Assembly: GCA_027923505.1 (NCBI GenBank)
Contig: BROI01000018.1
Coordinates: 496,001-560,000 of the forward strand
DNA length: 64,000 nt
DNA from: Mayamaea pseudoterrestris
Taxonomy: Eukaryota
Direction of reading: 5' to 3'
Each line of letters begins with the position of its first letter. Position 1 is the first letter of the stretch. A program made the position numbers and the translations under genes. The notes below the pieces were generated by a model. That model saw only the letters and a list, made by a program, of their open reading frames with translations. It was not told where the DNA came from and did no database searches. This document shows, in pieces, positions 20,695 through 30,893 of this stretch.

Positions 20695-21021
20695 GGCAGG
20701 CTGCAGCCATGCTTGGAATGCTACGTTGGTGAAACTTTAGCGGCAATCATCTCACCCATTCTCGTATGGTGTCAGGGTTTGATTTTGAGCCCCATTGTGC
20801 GCAGAAGGGGATTTCCCGAAGAGAATGAGAGCAGCCGTCTTGCAGTGCCCTTGCACTGGCACACAGTGGGCAGGCTGCAGCCATGCTTGGAATGCTACTT
20901 TAGTGGAATTTGAGTGGTAATCATCTCACCCATTCCTGTAGGGTGTCAGGGTTTGATTTTGAGCCTCATTGTGCGCAGGAGGGAATTTCTGGAAGAGAGT
21001 GAGAGCGGCCGTTTTCTTGCA
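20695..21021. repeat. Diverged direct duplication of about 150 bp (period 174 bp)
   Basis: GGCAGGCTGCAGCCATGCTTGGAATGCTAC...AATCATCTCACCCATT...GGTGTCAGGGTTTGATTTTGAGCC..ATTGTGCGCAG occurs at 20695 and again at 20869. Confidence 0.9.
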
Positions 21022-21132
21022 ATTTTGAGCAATCTACGGGTAGCAAAGAGCAGAGACAGTCAAGCAAAGAGCAGATAAGCTTCATGACGCGTAAATGTAA
21101 GTAATTTTATAGCACAACCATACAACATTTAT

Positions 21133-22689
21133 TTAGTCTTCTTTTTGAGTGTTTTCTGCTTCAGAAAAGAAGTCAACCAGGCTCCTTGTCTTTTGTCGGT
21201 TAATTGTTTCCGGCAAGCACGAATTTTGCTTGTAAAACAAGGCGGCCTCATTGACTAGTCCATATAGGTAGCACAACATGTAAGCGTTGCGATGCGATTC
21301 AATCTTTGACTGCGGAGTCTTCTTTCCATTGGGTGGCCACTTGAAGTCGTAGAGCGTCGCCAGGTTGGCCGGAGGGTCCGCAAACAATGGAGTCTCGCAG
21401 TTGTATATATCGGAAGGCATGCGTCGCTTCGAGAAAAACCATTCTTTACCGACACTGTATCGCTGACATAGATGGACAACGGATGGAACGGCATGCTTGG
21501 AATGATCCGGGTCACGAGCAAACTCACAAACTTCGTTTGACGGAATGGCATCGATCAATGGCCAGCCCTCCTCAGCGACTCCGACATCACTAATCATGAG
21601 CGAGTTTACAATTTGATGCGGCAGCTCCAAGTGCGCAGCCGCAATGCATGCTCCATACATTTCGGCAAGCAGATGCGGAAACTGCTCGTAGACGCGTGGA
21701 ACAAACTCGGTCCACTTGACGCTCAACCGATGCATGTCGTAGACAGTCGCAATATATGGCGGCCCAATCGGATAGTACAAGCGAGCTTCCTCCGTCGTCA
21801 CCTTGACAGCAGGCGAGTCTTCTCCGGCAATTTGTGCCACATCTAATCGCAACCACTGCGCACCAAAGCCGTAGAGTTGTGCGGCTGGCTTGCCTGGACC
21901 GACCTTGGTTGTGACAATGTGATTCTGACGAGTTGCGCCAATGACTGTTTCGCGTGTGTCGGAAAAGTCGCGCGTGATTGGTCTCATCAAGCCCATGTCG
22001 GGGTCGATCAAAATGACAATGTCGTCCTTGATTGAATCTGAATATTGTTGGCGTACAAGGTCAAATTGCAGTTGCGGACTGTGCTCGAGCCAATACTTTG
22101 TTCCAAACGGCTTGTTGAAAAACTTGTAGTCGCCAATGGACTCTCCCTTGTCGTTCTTAACGTCACTAAAGTGCGGCGTCAGCTGTAAGTGAAAGCGCGT
22201 CGACATGTACTGTACCTCGCGATTGAACCAATCCGTCATGGCGGCTGCTTCCATTGGATCGCAGCCAGACGCAATCCTCGTCACGTGGCCCGGTTGATGC
22301 ACCTTCATGGCCGAGTAGTAGACCAAGTAGCTTTGCCAGTGCTGATAGGGACTGCAGTCTGTACTGAACACTAAATGGTAGCGAATGCCGTCAGCGTCAC
22401 GCTCCAATCGAGCGTCCTCTTCGGCTGACAGCATGGAATGCTTCTGTGATTCTGGTAATTGAAAGGCATGCTGCTGCCTCTGTACAATGGCCCCAAACGG
22501 ATCTCGTTCTCGACTTGAGTTGTAGTAGTTTTGTAAGACACCGATTGCTACAATGGAAACGACAAGGCAAGCCACGACGAGAGTTGGAACGACTGGTTGT
22601 ATTTTGGGATGATTGTTCGGTTTGATTCCTTTCTTTGTCAAGTCGCCATCGCTTTCGCTTTCGTTTCTACTTCTTCGACGCATACTCAT
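21133..22689 (-). CDS. Type II membrane glycosyltransferase, hydroxyproline O-arabinosyltransferase / peptidyl-serine galactosyltransferase (HPAT/SERGT)-like
   Basis: N-terminal TM anchor, then YHLVFSTDCSPYQHWQS, GHVTRIASGC, YKFFNKPFG, ILIDPDM (DxD) and LLAEMYG. The first in-frame ATG is at 22689; the frame is open to 22863, so the start is uncertain. Confidence 0.78.
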   Translation of the reverse strand: MSMRRRSRNESESDGDLTKKGIKPNNHPKIQPVVPTLVVACLVVSIVAIGVLQNYYNSSRERDPFGAIVQRQQHAFQLPESQKHSMLSAEEDARLERDADGIRYHLVFSTDCSPYQHWQSYLVYYSAMKVHQPGHVTRIASGCDPMEAAAMTDWFNREVQYMSTRFHLQLTPHFSDVKNDKGESIGDYKFFNKPFGTKYWLEHSPQLQFDLVRQQYSDSIKDDIVILIDPDMGLMRPITRDFSDTRETVIGATRQNHIVTTKVGPGKPAAQLYGFGAQWLRLDVAQIAGEDSPAVKVTTEEARLYYPIGPPYIATVYDMHRLSVKWTEFVPRVYEQFPHLLAEMYGACIAAAHLELPHQIVNSLMISDVGVAEEGWPLIDAIPSNEVCEFARDPDHSKHAVPSVVHLCQRYSVGKEWFFSKRRMPSDIYNCETPLFADPPANLATLYDFKWPPNGKKTPQSKIESHRNAYMLCYLYGLVNEAALFYKQNSCLPETINRQKTRSLVDFFSEAENTQKED

Positions 22690-23069
22690 GTATTGTTTGT
22701 TTCTTTTATCTATCGATAGCGCCGTCTCGGCGTCTTGGAATAAGCCGTCGCGAAAGTCGAATGCCTTTTCGAAAAAAATGTCTCGAACGTGTCTTACCGC
22801 GAATGGGTCATCTTGCCCGCGCGCTTTGCTACCATGGCGACTGCGCGAATGCTCTAACGACAATGGTCATTGCAACATTAGCGAAAGCGTATATACTGCA
22901 GATTTTCTATGTATCAAATTATATCTATCTAACATGCGTTGCGTCTGCGTCAGTGCTCTAGCGACACGATTCCTCGCTTCAATCCAAGCATCACTCCCAA
23001 CAATCGCCCGCAGACTTTTCAGGCCACTACCACTGCTAGTTTCAACGTTTCGTTTTCCAACATTGCGCC

Positions 23070-23714
23070 CTACTCGTCGCCTCCAGCATCAAGGACGTCG
23101 GCGCCGGCGCCATCGGATTGCGGTCTTTCAACATCGCCGCCCCCGTCATCATCATCGTCTTGCTCATCATCGTCAACATCCGAAACAAACTCCAATCCAG
23201 CACTTGAATGGTCAACGAAAAACGTCACTCCCATATCTTCATGCTCAGCGGCTAAATTAAACAAGGTATAGAAGTTATTGAGCTGGTTGTAACGAAAAGC
23301 TAGTACACCATTGTCGGCTTGATTGGAGAGAGCAGCTGCAGATATATCCAAAGTTGGAACAGAGCCATCACGTGAAGCATGAATGATATGAACGGTAATT
23401 TCTCCTTCTCGAAACAAGACTGCTTTAATGGCTACGACTCGAGGGAGAGCGTTCCCTCCTCCGCGTCGCTGAGGACTCTGCGGCTGCTGATGATGGTTGC
23501 GATTGTCGGGAGGTTGCAGCGGAGCCTGAGCATGTAACCGGCGTACAGTTCCTTCAATATATCCAAAAAGTTGCTGGGCAAATAGTCCTTGTAAGTCATC
23601 CATGTTTGAATATGCAATGGGAATTGGAGAAAGAGTCTTGGCTGCTTGCAACTCTTGATCAATGTTCGCCATGGTCGATCGACTCCTCGCCGCACCAATG
23701 CTGGCGAGTCCCAT
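23070..23714 (-). CDS. Hypothetical protein with acidic C-terminal tail
   Basis: 214-aa ATG-started ORF that fills the gap between flanking genes. No family recognised. Confidence 0.5.
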   Translation of the reverse strand: MGLASIGAARSRSTMANIDQELQAAKTLSPIPIAYSNMDDLQGLFAQQLFGYIEGTVRRLHAQAPLQPPDNRNHHQQPQSPQRRGGGNALPRVVAIKAVLFREGEITVHIIHASRDGSVPTLDISAAALSNQADNGVLAFRYNQLNNFYTLFNLAAEHEDMGVTFFVDHSSAGLEFVSDVDDDEQDDDDDGGGDVERPQSDGAGADVLDAGGDE

Positions 23715-23860
23715 TTATGCGGGAATGAAAAAGTGCAACTGCAACTTATGGCTTCGAGTTAACCGTGTCGGTATTCGCGAGTGACCATGAGGATCTTGCC
23801 GTTTCTTGTGCTAACATAGTCACCGTTTTGCAGATTCATCGCTAGCTTAATCAATCAAAC

Positions 23861-24607
23861 ATGGCATCCCATGATTTACACTTTTCAGTCAATAATGGTG
23901 ACGGCTCCAATCTGGAACGAGCGAGACCAGGCGAAATGGATCATCTGCCAGATCAAGCTAGCTCGGCGCAACCATCTTCGATTGAATACATCCAAGCCAA
24001 GCTTGCTCAATCATCGCATCCCTTTGTAATTATATTTCATTTGATTTTCAAGAGTTTGGCGCTGACTCTGTATATTTTTGGAGGTTTCTTCGTTGGCGGA
24101 GGTACCAAGGCGCAAAAGGGAGCGCACTTTGTGGCACTGTCGGTTGCCATTATATTGCTACTAGCGGCAGACTTTTGGGTAGTCAAGAATGTCACAGGTC
24201 GTTTATTAGTTGGACTACGATGGTGGAATCAAGTCAATGAGGAAAGTACGACTTGGATCTTTGAAGCGGCGGAAGACAAGGCGATTAACGCCTTTGATAG
24301 ACGCGTCTTTTGGACGGTTCTTTACGCGACTCCACTCATGTGGTCGGCGCTCTTCTTGCTAGGACTACTCAAATTCAATTTTTCATGGTTCATGGTTGTC
24401 ATGATGGCGCTGGCGCTCAACTCGGCTAATGTATATGGCTACTACAAGTGCTCGACGGATCAAAAGGCAAAGTTTCAGCAAATGATGCAGACTGGAGCTT
24501 CGGAGGGTGCCGCCTACATGGTGCGATCCAATGTACTTGGCTTTATCACTGGAGCGACGAGATACGCGGCGGGAGCGCCGGCGGCGAATAGCGCAACGTA
24601 TGTTTAG
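23861..24607 (+). CDS. TVP23: Golgi membrane protein TVP23/FAM18/ECHIDNA family
   Basis: Motifs HPFVIIFHLIFK, LLAADFWVVKNVTGRLLVGLRWWN and NSANVYGYYKC. Confidence 0.95.
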   Translation: MASHDLHFSVNNGDGSNLERARPGEMDHLPDQASSAQPSSIEYIQAKLAQSSHPFVIIFHLIFKSLALTLYIFGGFFVGGGTKAQKGAHFVALSVAIILLLAADFWVVKNVTGRLLVGLRWWNQVNEESTTWIFEAAEDKAINAFDRRVFWTVLYATPLMWSALFLLGLLKFNFSWFMVVMMALALNSANVYGYYKCSTDQKAKFQQMMQTGASEGAAYMVRSNVLGFITGATRYAAGAPAANSATYV

Positions 24608-24818
24608 ATTGCAGTACAGTATATGCTTGCAGTTAAAAGCGGTGGCGTTGGTCTTTGATCGTTGCCGACACTTCTTTACGTTAGATAAGTTGAACAATGG
24701 TACATATATGCTACTATAATTGCAAGTTCTAAATGTCTGTCTAATGATAGACGTGGCTTAAAAGTCATTCACATACTTCGTCAGTGATGCCGTCCCAAAT
24801 CAGTCTAAACTCCTTGCT

Positions 24819-26639
24819 CTAAACATACGGCGCCCGCATCGCAGCTTCCGTCCACGCATCCATGACGGCTGGAAACATGTCGTCATTCAAATTCATCAAG
24901 GTTTCATTCTTTGGCAGTAGTGGCGACAAGTCTTTGTTGTTGAGTAGCTTATCAAGCATGTGCAGGGCCGCCATGGGACGAAACTGCGGCACCATGTGAC
25001 CACTTCCATGAACCGTAACAAAGGCCAGTCCATGCTCGTAGTTAATTACTTCGCCGCCAAACTGCGGTCCAACGTCCACCGCCAGCAAGCCTGGTCCAAA
25101 CAATGGAGCCTTTTCCACGAGCAGTTCAATGGACGATGCCGTGTGGTTATAGAACCACGGACGATAGCTTCCGCCATCCACTTCGTCAAAGCCAACTTGC
25201 TTGATGGCCAGTCGCGTGCCTTCGTACGAAACGCATGGATCCGTGTCGCCATTGTAGACCCAGATGGATTGCAAGCGAGGTGCAAGCTCGCGATAAAAGT
25301 CAATCATGCTCGGTGCGCCCTTTGGCACTTCGTCCCAGTTGCATGCGTCGTACTCCTTGGTGTAGTCAAAGCCGGCCTCTGGGTATGGCCAGTCTTGAAG
25401 GGGAGTGTCCGTCACATGGAGAGCGACCCGAACATCGTGACGCGTCATGTAGGCAGTCATGTCTTCATCCTGCTTTGAAGTCACTGGAGCAAAGAGAGAA
25501 TAGTCGTCAATGTACAAGTCTTTCCAAGATTGTGACAAGCCTTTGGACGAGCTCATGAGGAACTTGCGCAAAGCTATTCGGCACTCCGGCGTGTCGGTGA
25601 AGCGAGGACCGCCCTTGAACAAGTTGTTTTTGAGAACAGTTTGGAACTGGTGCGTCGTGAATGGAACGTGATGATGGTGTTTTGGTGACGTTGACTCTTG
25701 CTGCTGCAACAAAGCCGCGTCGAGTCGCAAATGATGCTTGTGATGGTGGTGATGATGCTCGGCCGTTGCTTCCAAGTTGCGACGGCGATCCGTTTCCAAT
25801 TTGATTTCGCCGTTCAATTTGTGAGCCGCCAAATGCTTACCGCCTACCGTCATTAGATTTGGTACTCGTGCCTGGCACTTGTTCCAAAGCTGATCGTAAA
25901 CGTCTTCATCAACTAGTCCATACTTGTGGCCGTACCAAAGAGTGTCCATGCTGTCCTGCTGGGCTGTATTGTCGGTACATGGATCTCCGACGGCCAAACC
26001 TTTGAGATTAATTTCTGGCGCGTGATCCAGCAGTTCCTTGGCGAGGGTAGGAATGTAAACGCCAGCATATGACTCGCCAGTGATGAAAAAGTCATTATCG
26101 GCCAGTTCGGGAAATTTGTTCGTAAAAAAGTCTTGGAGAGCAGCTCGCGACGCGCTCGCCGTGAACTTATCCGTGTTTTGACAGAGGCCGCCCTTGGCTT
26201 GCGTTTCGCAGTAGCTGAAGCCAACGCCGATGGGTGCTTCAATAATCAATAGATTGGCAATGTTTGTCCATGCGTACGGATTCTCATGCAAACCTCCCTC
26301 TGCGTTAATCAACAATGGTCCAACCTCCTGCACAAGCCCCAGAATGGCGCTTGATCCGGGACCTCCATTCAACCAAAGCACCACTGGCTTGTCCATTGCG
26401 TTTTCCGCCGACGAAAGTGCCATCCAGTAGTGGACGCGACAGTAGGCGCCATTGGTGGCAGTGTCACATCCAGGAGTCGCATCCAAGTAGCCACTAAACA
26501 TTGTCGTTGGAGGCGGACCATAGTCGGGCAATGATTCCACCAAGTCCTTGAGTGGAGCTGCATATATGGCTCGAGTGCAGAAGCAAATGTATAGGATCAT
26601 GGCGCTGGAGAGTAGGTAGGAGAACTTCATCTTCTGCAT
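24819..26639 (-). CDS. Serine carboxypeptidase, family S10
   Basis: Signal peptide from the ATG at 26639 or 26630, then PVVLWLNGGPGSS, GVGFSY, FFITGESYAGVYIP, YNGDTDPCV and TVHGSGHMVP. Confidence 0.95.
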   Translation of the reverse strand: MQKMKFSYLLSSAMILYICFCTRAIYAAPLKDLVESLPDYGPPPTTMFSGYLDATPGCDTATNGAYCRVHYWMALSSAENAMDKPVVLWLNGGPGSSAILGLVQEVGPLLINAEGGLHENPYAWTNIANLLIIEAPIGVGFSYCETQAKGGLCQNTDKFTASASRAALQDFFTNKFPELADNDFFITGESYAGVYIPTLAKELLDHAPEINLKGLAVGDPCTDNTAQQDSMDTLWYGHKYGLVDEDVYDQLWNKCQARVPNLMTVGGKHLAAHKLNGEIKLETDRRRNLEATAEHHHHHHKHHLRLDAALLQQQESTSPKHHHHVPFTTHQFQTVLKNNLFKGGPRFTDTPECRIALRKFLMSSSKGLSQSWKDLYIDDYSLFAPVTSKQDEDMTAYMTRHDVRVALHVTDTPLQDWPYPEAGFDYTKEYDACNWDEVPKGAPSMIDFYRELAPRLQSIWVYNGDTDPCVSYEGTRLAIKQVGFDEVDGGSYRPWFYNHTASSIELLVEKAPLFGPGLLAVDVGPQFGGEVINYEHGLAFVTVHGSGHMVPQFRPMAALHMLDKLLNNKDLSPLLPKNETLMNLNDDMFPAVMDAWTEAAMRAPYV

Positions 26640-26938
26640 CGTCTGCTTCCTTGCTGCTGCCCGGCGAGAAGCGGTGACTATGACGAATTGCTGTGACTTT
26701 TTCTGTGAGCTGCGCAAAGCCAATGCTATAGGACTTTGCTTGCTGGAGGAGGATCGCTCGGCCGGCAAATGCGAATAGACAAGATCCCTGATGATGGCAG
26801 AAGCAATCGGCCATCGCGGTCGCGCCTTTTCGAACGACAAATGTAATGTCGCAGCGCCACTCGCTGTCCACCGCGCCGTCGCGGCGCAACTTTGATCCGT
26901 CCACAAACCTTGATCCATCCACTTCTCGCACTAGTATC

Positions 26939-27593
26939 ATGGGAAACCGAAACTCGACGGAGCTAGGGGAGACGCCTGTCTCCGGTGTTTCTTTAAGTCA
27001 AGACCTACAAGGTAAAAGAATGCTTGTCATGTTAGCGCATGAAGTTGACTCAGAGTATGCATCATTCTGCTCTTATTTCACACTTACATTTCTTTGGTTT
27101 CATCTGTACAGACGACATTGTCCGTGACTTTCAAAACAAGGCAGTCCAGGAGCAATGGAACATTTTTCGCGCTGGAGTATTGGGTCGACGACATGATCGC
27201 CATGAACAGTTGCTGCAGGCGGCCCAGCAGATTGAATCGCACCGATCAGCCAGTGCCTCTCAAGCGGCGGAACGTTTGCATCACTTGGACCATGCGATTG
27301 AACGTATGAATGCAGCATTTTCGGATCAATTGGTTGCCGCCAATCATGATGCCGACCATGCCATTAAGCAGTACAGTGATTCGCTGGTGACAGCCGCGTC
27401 GAATGCATCCGACGAGAATGATTCAACTAGCGCAGCAACCAATACTAGTCCCTGCCTTGGTCCGCGGGCGCACTGGATGGTGTGCGCGCAAAAATACGTC
27501 CATGATACGAGACCCTGTGACGAATACTTGGCAGTTTTGGACAAGTGTGTTCAGGATGCCATTTTGGGCAAGCAACGACAACAGATGCATTAA
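26939..27593 (+). CDS. Twin CX9C (CHCH) coiled-coil protein, Mic19/CHCHD3-like; 2 exons (26939-27011, 27112-27593)
   Basis: MGNRNS fits the MGxxxS myristoylation consensus. An in-frame GT-AG intron leads to a coiled coil and C-terminal CLGPRAHWMVC and CDEYLAVLDKC, both CX9C. Confidence 0.65.
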
Positions 27594-27903
27594 TAGCGAT
27601 GCGTTTGGTGAACGCCTTGCATTGCACCAATGAGTCTTTAAAGTAAAGATAATGTTAAGACTACAAGTATTTTATTGTTATACCAGTAGATGCAGCGAGA
27701 GAATGGAGATGGCGGTTGATGTGCGGGTGCAGCAGTAAAAATACCATCAGACCCCTGCAATTGGCATGAAGAATTGCCTGTCGCAACGATAGACTGACTT
27801 GCTCGCATACTACGATAACGTAGCAATTTCACGAAGACTAATACATTATCGAATACTTTCGTGCATTGCTGAAGCAACCAGGCGACAAGCAGAACTAGCT
27901 TAT

Positions 27904-28560
27904 CTAATTCGTGGAATCGTTGTCACGCTTCCGCTTCGACCCAACCTCCAGCGACGATGCATCACTACAGCCACCAACAGCAGCAACATTCTGTAAAATG
28001 CTTTCGTGTTTGTCTTGGTCGCCTTCATTTTTTAGTTGATGGTTCCAAGCTTGAATTACGTTGCGCTTCTGCCGCGCCATGCCAAGCTCCACCTTGGCGA
28101 GATATGTTTGATTGGGCTCCGTCGGCGCTTGGTACGCCTTTACCAAAAACGCATGTGGAGCAAGACGCGAATGAATACTTTGGAGTGACTCCAAAAACTC
28201 GTCCGTTGGAGGTAGAGCTTGCTGATTGTCGTCGAGTGTATCGGCTTGCGTTAACGATTCCGCAGTCTCGCGCGCCAATTGTAACAGTTTGAGAGTCGCT
28301 GCCTCGGCTAGCTGCAAATCATTCCATACTTTGCTAAACTTTTCGTTTTGAAGCGTGGCTGTTGAAACTTGTTCCGCTTGCTTTGGTTCCTGGGATGGCG
28401 ACAAGGACGTTAACGATGGCGCAGCATTTTCCTCAGAATTTCTCGACTGCATGGCGGCAAACTTGTCGCGTTTTGGAGCTGTCACTGGATTTTGTTGTTG
28501 CTGCTTCTCTTGCAGCGCACCAAACTTGTCTCCTCTTTGGGCAGGAGCTGGATCGGTCAT
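27904..28560 (-). CDS. MED11: Mediator subunit Med11-like
   Basis: The helical core WNDLQLAEAATLKLLQLARETAESL...FLESLQSIHSRL...TYLAKVELGMARQK parallels the Med11 pattern. Similarity is weak. Confidence 0.55.
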   Translation of the reverse strand: MTDPAPAQRGDKFGALQEKQQQQNPVTAPKRDKFAAMQSRNSEENAAPSLTSLSPSQEPKQAEQVSTATLQNEKFSKVWNDLQLAEAATLKLLQLARETAESLTQADTLDDNQQALPPTDEFLESLQSIHSRLAPHAFLVKAYQAPTEPNQTYLAKVELGMARQKRNVIQAWNHQLKNEGDQDKHESILQNVAAVGGCSDASSLEVGSKRKRDNDSTN

Positions 28561-28694
28561 GATTTTGAGCTTTATAGGTATATGGATTGATGCTGCCGTC
28601 TGTCGTAGCGTCGGGCCCGCAATAATTCATCCTGGGTGCAATCGCAGCGGTAATTTTGTCGATCGCGACGACGTTGATATTTTAAATTTTCACA

Positions 28695-29071
28695 AGGCAA
28701 TAGTACGAAACGAGTGCCAGTGTCAATTACGTCTTTAGGCAATAGTATGAAACAAGTGCCAGTGTCAATTACGTCATTAGGCACTAGTACGAAACAAGTG
28801 CAAGTGTCAATTACGTCATCAGGCAATAATATGAAACGAGTGCCAGTGTCAATTCCGTCATGAGGCAATAGTATGAAACTAGTGCAGTGTCAATTATGCC
28901 GAAAGGCTTTATTATGAAACGAGTGCCAGTGTCAATTACGTCTTAAGGCAATAGTATGAAACAAGTGCCAGTGTCAATTGCGTCATGAGGCACTAGTATG
29001 AAACGAGTGCCAGTGTCAGTTACGTCATGAGGCAATAGTACGAAACGAGCGCCAGTGTTAATTCCCTCAGA
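28695..29071 (+). repeat. 42-bp tandem array 1 (9 units)
   Basis: Units start at 28695, 28737, 28779, 28821, 28863, 28904, 28946, 28988 and 29030. Consensus AGGCAATAGTAYGAAACRAGTGCCAGTGTCAATTACGTCATN. Confidence 0.97.
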
Positions 29072-29279
29072 AGGAGTGTGTGAAAACGCAAGCGCCATAA
29101 GCGAGTCGTCGTCGCAGATGGACAATGCAACAGTGATTTATAATCAAAATAAATCATTCATGTAAATTATAGCTTCGTCTCAAGTAAGGAGCGCGTATCT
29201 TGGTTATACACTAGTACAGCCTTGCTGCATTAGCAGCATCATATCGCTGTCGTTGGGAAGGATTTCAAAGAACAATTGC

Positions 29280-30332
29280 ATGGACCAACTTCAACAGACT
29301 GCTGTTATCGAAGCCATCAGCATGCGGATCCGACGCACCCATCGTCTCCAGACGTCGCATCAACGCATCTCATTCGTTTTCAAATGTGGACTGTTCACAA
29401 TCATTCTTGTCTTTTTTGTTATCAATCGTTACTGCTCCAATTTGCAACGGATTCAGATCGGCGGCGATTCATCGTCGACGAGTCATCTGCGAGGAACGAC
29501 CACCAAGCCACTATTTAATCAAGAAAATATTGCTCAAGAAGCACGAAACCTCATTGTGGTAGCAGGCCATTCGGTAACTACGAATTCTGGTCATTTGCAA
29601 GATGCCAATCGCGATGAACGTGACTGGTACTTGCTTCCCTATCAGCAACATCGGGGACTTCCTGCTGCCATGGTGGCTCACATTCTAGCTGGTCTACAAG
29701 CAGCGGCGCAAGACCCGCAAAGCTTGCTTGTGTTTAGTGGAGGACAGACTAGAGCAATGATGGGACCGGAAAGTGAAGGAGCAAGCTACTATCGAGTAGT
29801 AGAAGCCATGAATCTATGGCCTGCTTTCACCGACGAGGACAAATCCAGTACCAGCAATCATGGAGCCGACAGTGTGAGAGCTAGAACTACCACCGAGGAG
29901 TTTGCAACGGATAGTTTTACCAATTTACTCTACTCGATTTGTCGTTTCAAGGAAGTGACTGGCCAGTATCCACAGAAAATCACCGTCGTTTCGTTTACAT
30001 TCAAGCAAACGCGGTTTCAAACCTTGCATGCACCAGCTTTACTCTGGCCAGAAACTCAATTCGAGTACATTGGAGTCGATCCACCAAGTACGACGGGATT
30101 TGACTTGGAGGAGGCGACTCAGGGCGAATTGGAGCAAGCAGCGAAACCATTTGAAACGGATCCGTACGGATGTCATTCGCCAGTTTTGCAGCAGAAACGA
30201 ATAGAGCGAAACCCATTTACGAGGACGCCGCCCTATGAGCTTTCGTGTCCTGAAATGAAGGACCTGTTGCATTACTGCGGGTTAAACATTATATCGAAAG
30301 AGTTGGTGCCGTGGAAAGACGGTACTGCGTAA
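29280..30332 (+). CDS. DUF218-like membrane-anchored protein (YOR238W-like)
   Basis: N-terminal TM helix, then LIVVAGHSV, LLVFSGGQTR, SEGASY, TEEFATDSFTNLLYSICRF and KITVVSFTFKQTRF. Confidence 0.8.
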   Translation: MDQLQQTAVIEAISMRIRRTHRLQTSHQRISFVFKCGLFTIILVFFVINRYCSNLQRIQIGGDSSSTSHLRGTTTKPLFNQENIAQEARNLIVVAGHSVTTNSGHLQDANRDERDWYLLPYQQHRGLPAAMVAHILAGLQAAAQDPQSLLVFSGGQTRAMMGPESEGASYYRVVEAMNLWPAFTDEDKSSTSNHGADSVRARTTTEEFATDSFTNLLYSICRFKEVTGQYPQKITVVSFTFKQTRFQTLHAPALLWPETQFEYIGVDPPSTTGFDLEEATQGELEQAAKPFETDPYGCHSPVLQQKRIERNPFTRTPPYELSCPEMKDLLHYCGLNIISKELVPWKDGTA

Positions 30333-30893
30333 TGTCGCAACTTGCTTGTTGGAAGAATCTTGCGAGTGCCAAACCTGCTCGCGTTGCTGACAAAATCAAA
30401 CAGAACAATATGGTGTGTCGCCTATGGACTGTCGCTGCCTTCCGGAAAAGCACGACGACACCCAAGGCAGGTCGGGGTTCGATGAAGTTAAGTTGCTTAT
30501 CTTATCGGTTCGCAATTCTGTTCGAAATGGTGTGCGAGTGAGCGTTAGCTGGTCGGTTCGGTGTAAACCTGCAACATGGATCTCTCTCGGAACAGTGCCA
30601 AAGAGTGGTGCTCTGGCAATGCATTTCATTGTCGTTCCATGGGATTGTTCAAGGTCCGTTCGTACCGATGTGTCGAGACACGTTCCACAAATGATAATAG
30701 CATTATTCTTTCTAGTTGCGCACTTGAATTGTGGATTGGGATTGAGTAACGTTCTTGCTTGCTGTTTACGGTATATCGAAACTAGATCCGGTGAGCGCAG
30801 CATTACCTTTCATGTGCCAAGAGGCGACAAATCGCAGTGACTTTTCGACGGTGTCTTTAGAAATGACAACTATCATACTTAAAATTGATGTAA

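Noticed and set aside
28981..29060. Hammerhead ribozyme resemblance (ATGAG...CGAAAC...GTC)
   Set aside because: The required CUGAUGA core is not on the same strand as GAAA (it reads GUCAUGA), and stems II and III do not pair convincingly.
28572..29125. ORFs with 14-aa repeats (DVIDTGTRFILLP / KRVPVSITS), also at 35382-35573 and 51192-51523
   Set aside because: These are by-products of a 42-bp (3n) DNA repeat. Frames are broken by 41/43-bp units and stop codons, and occur on both strands.
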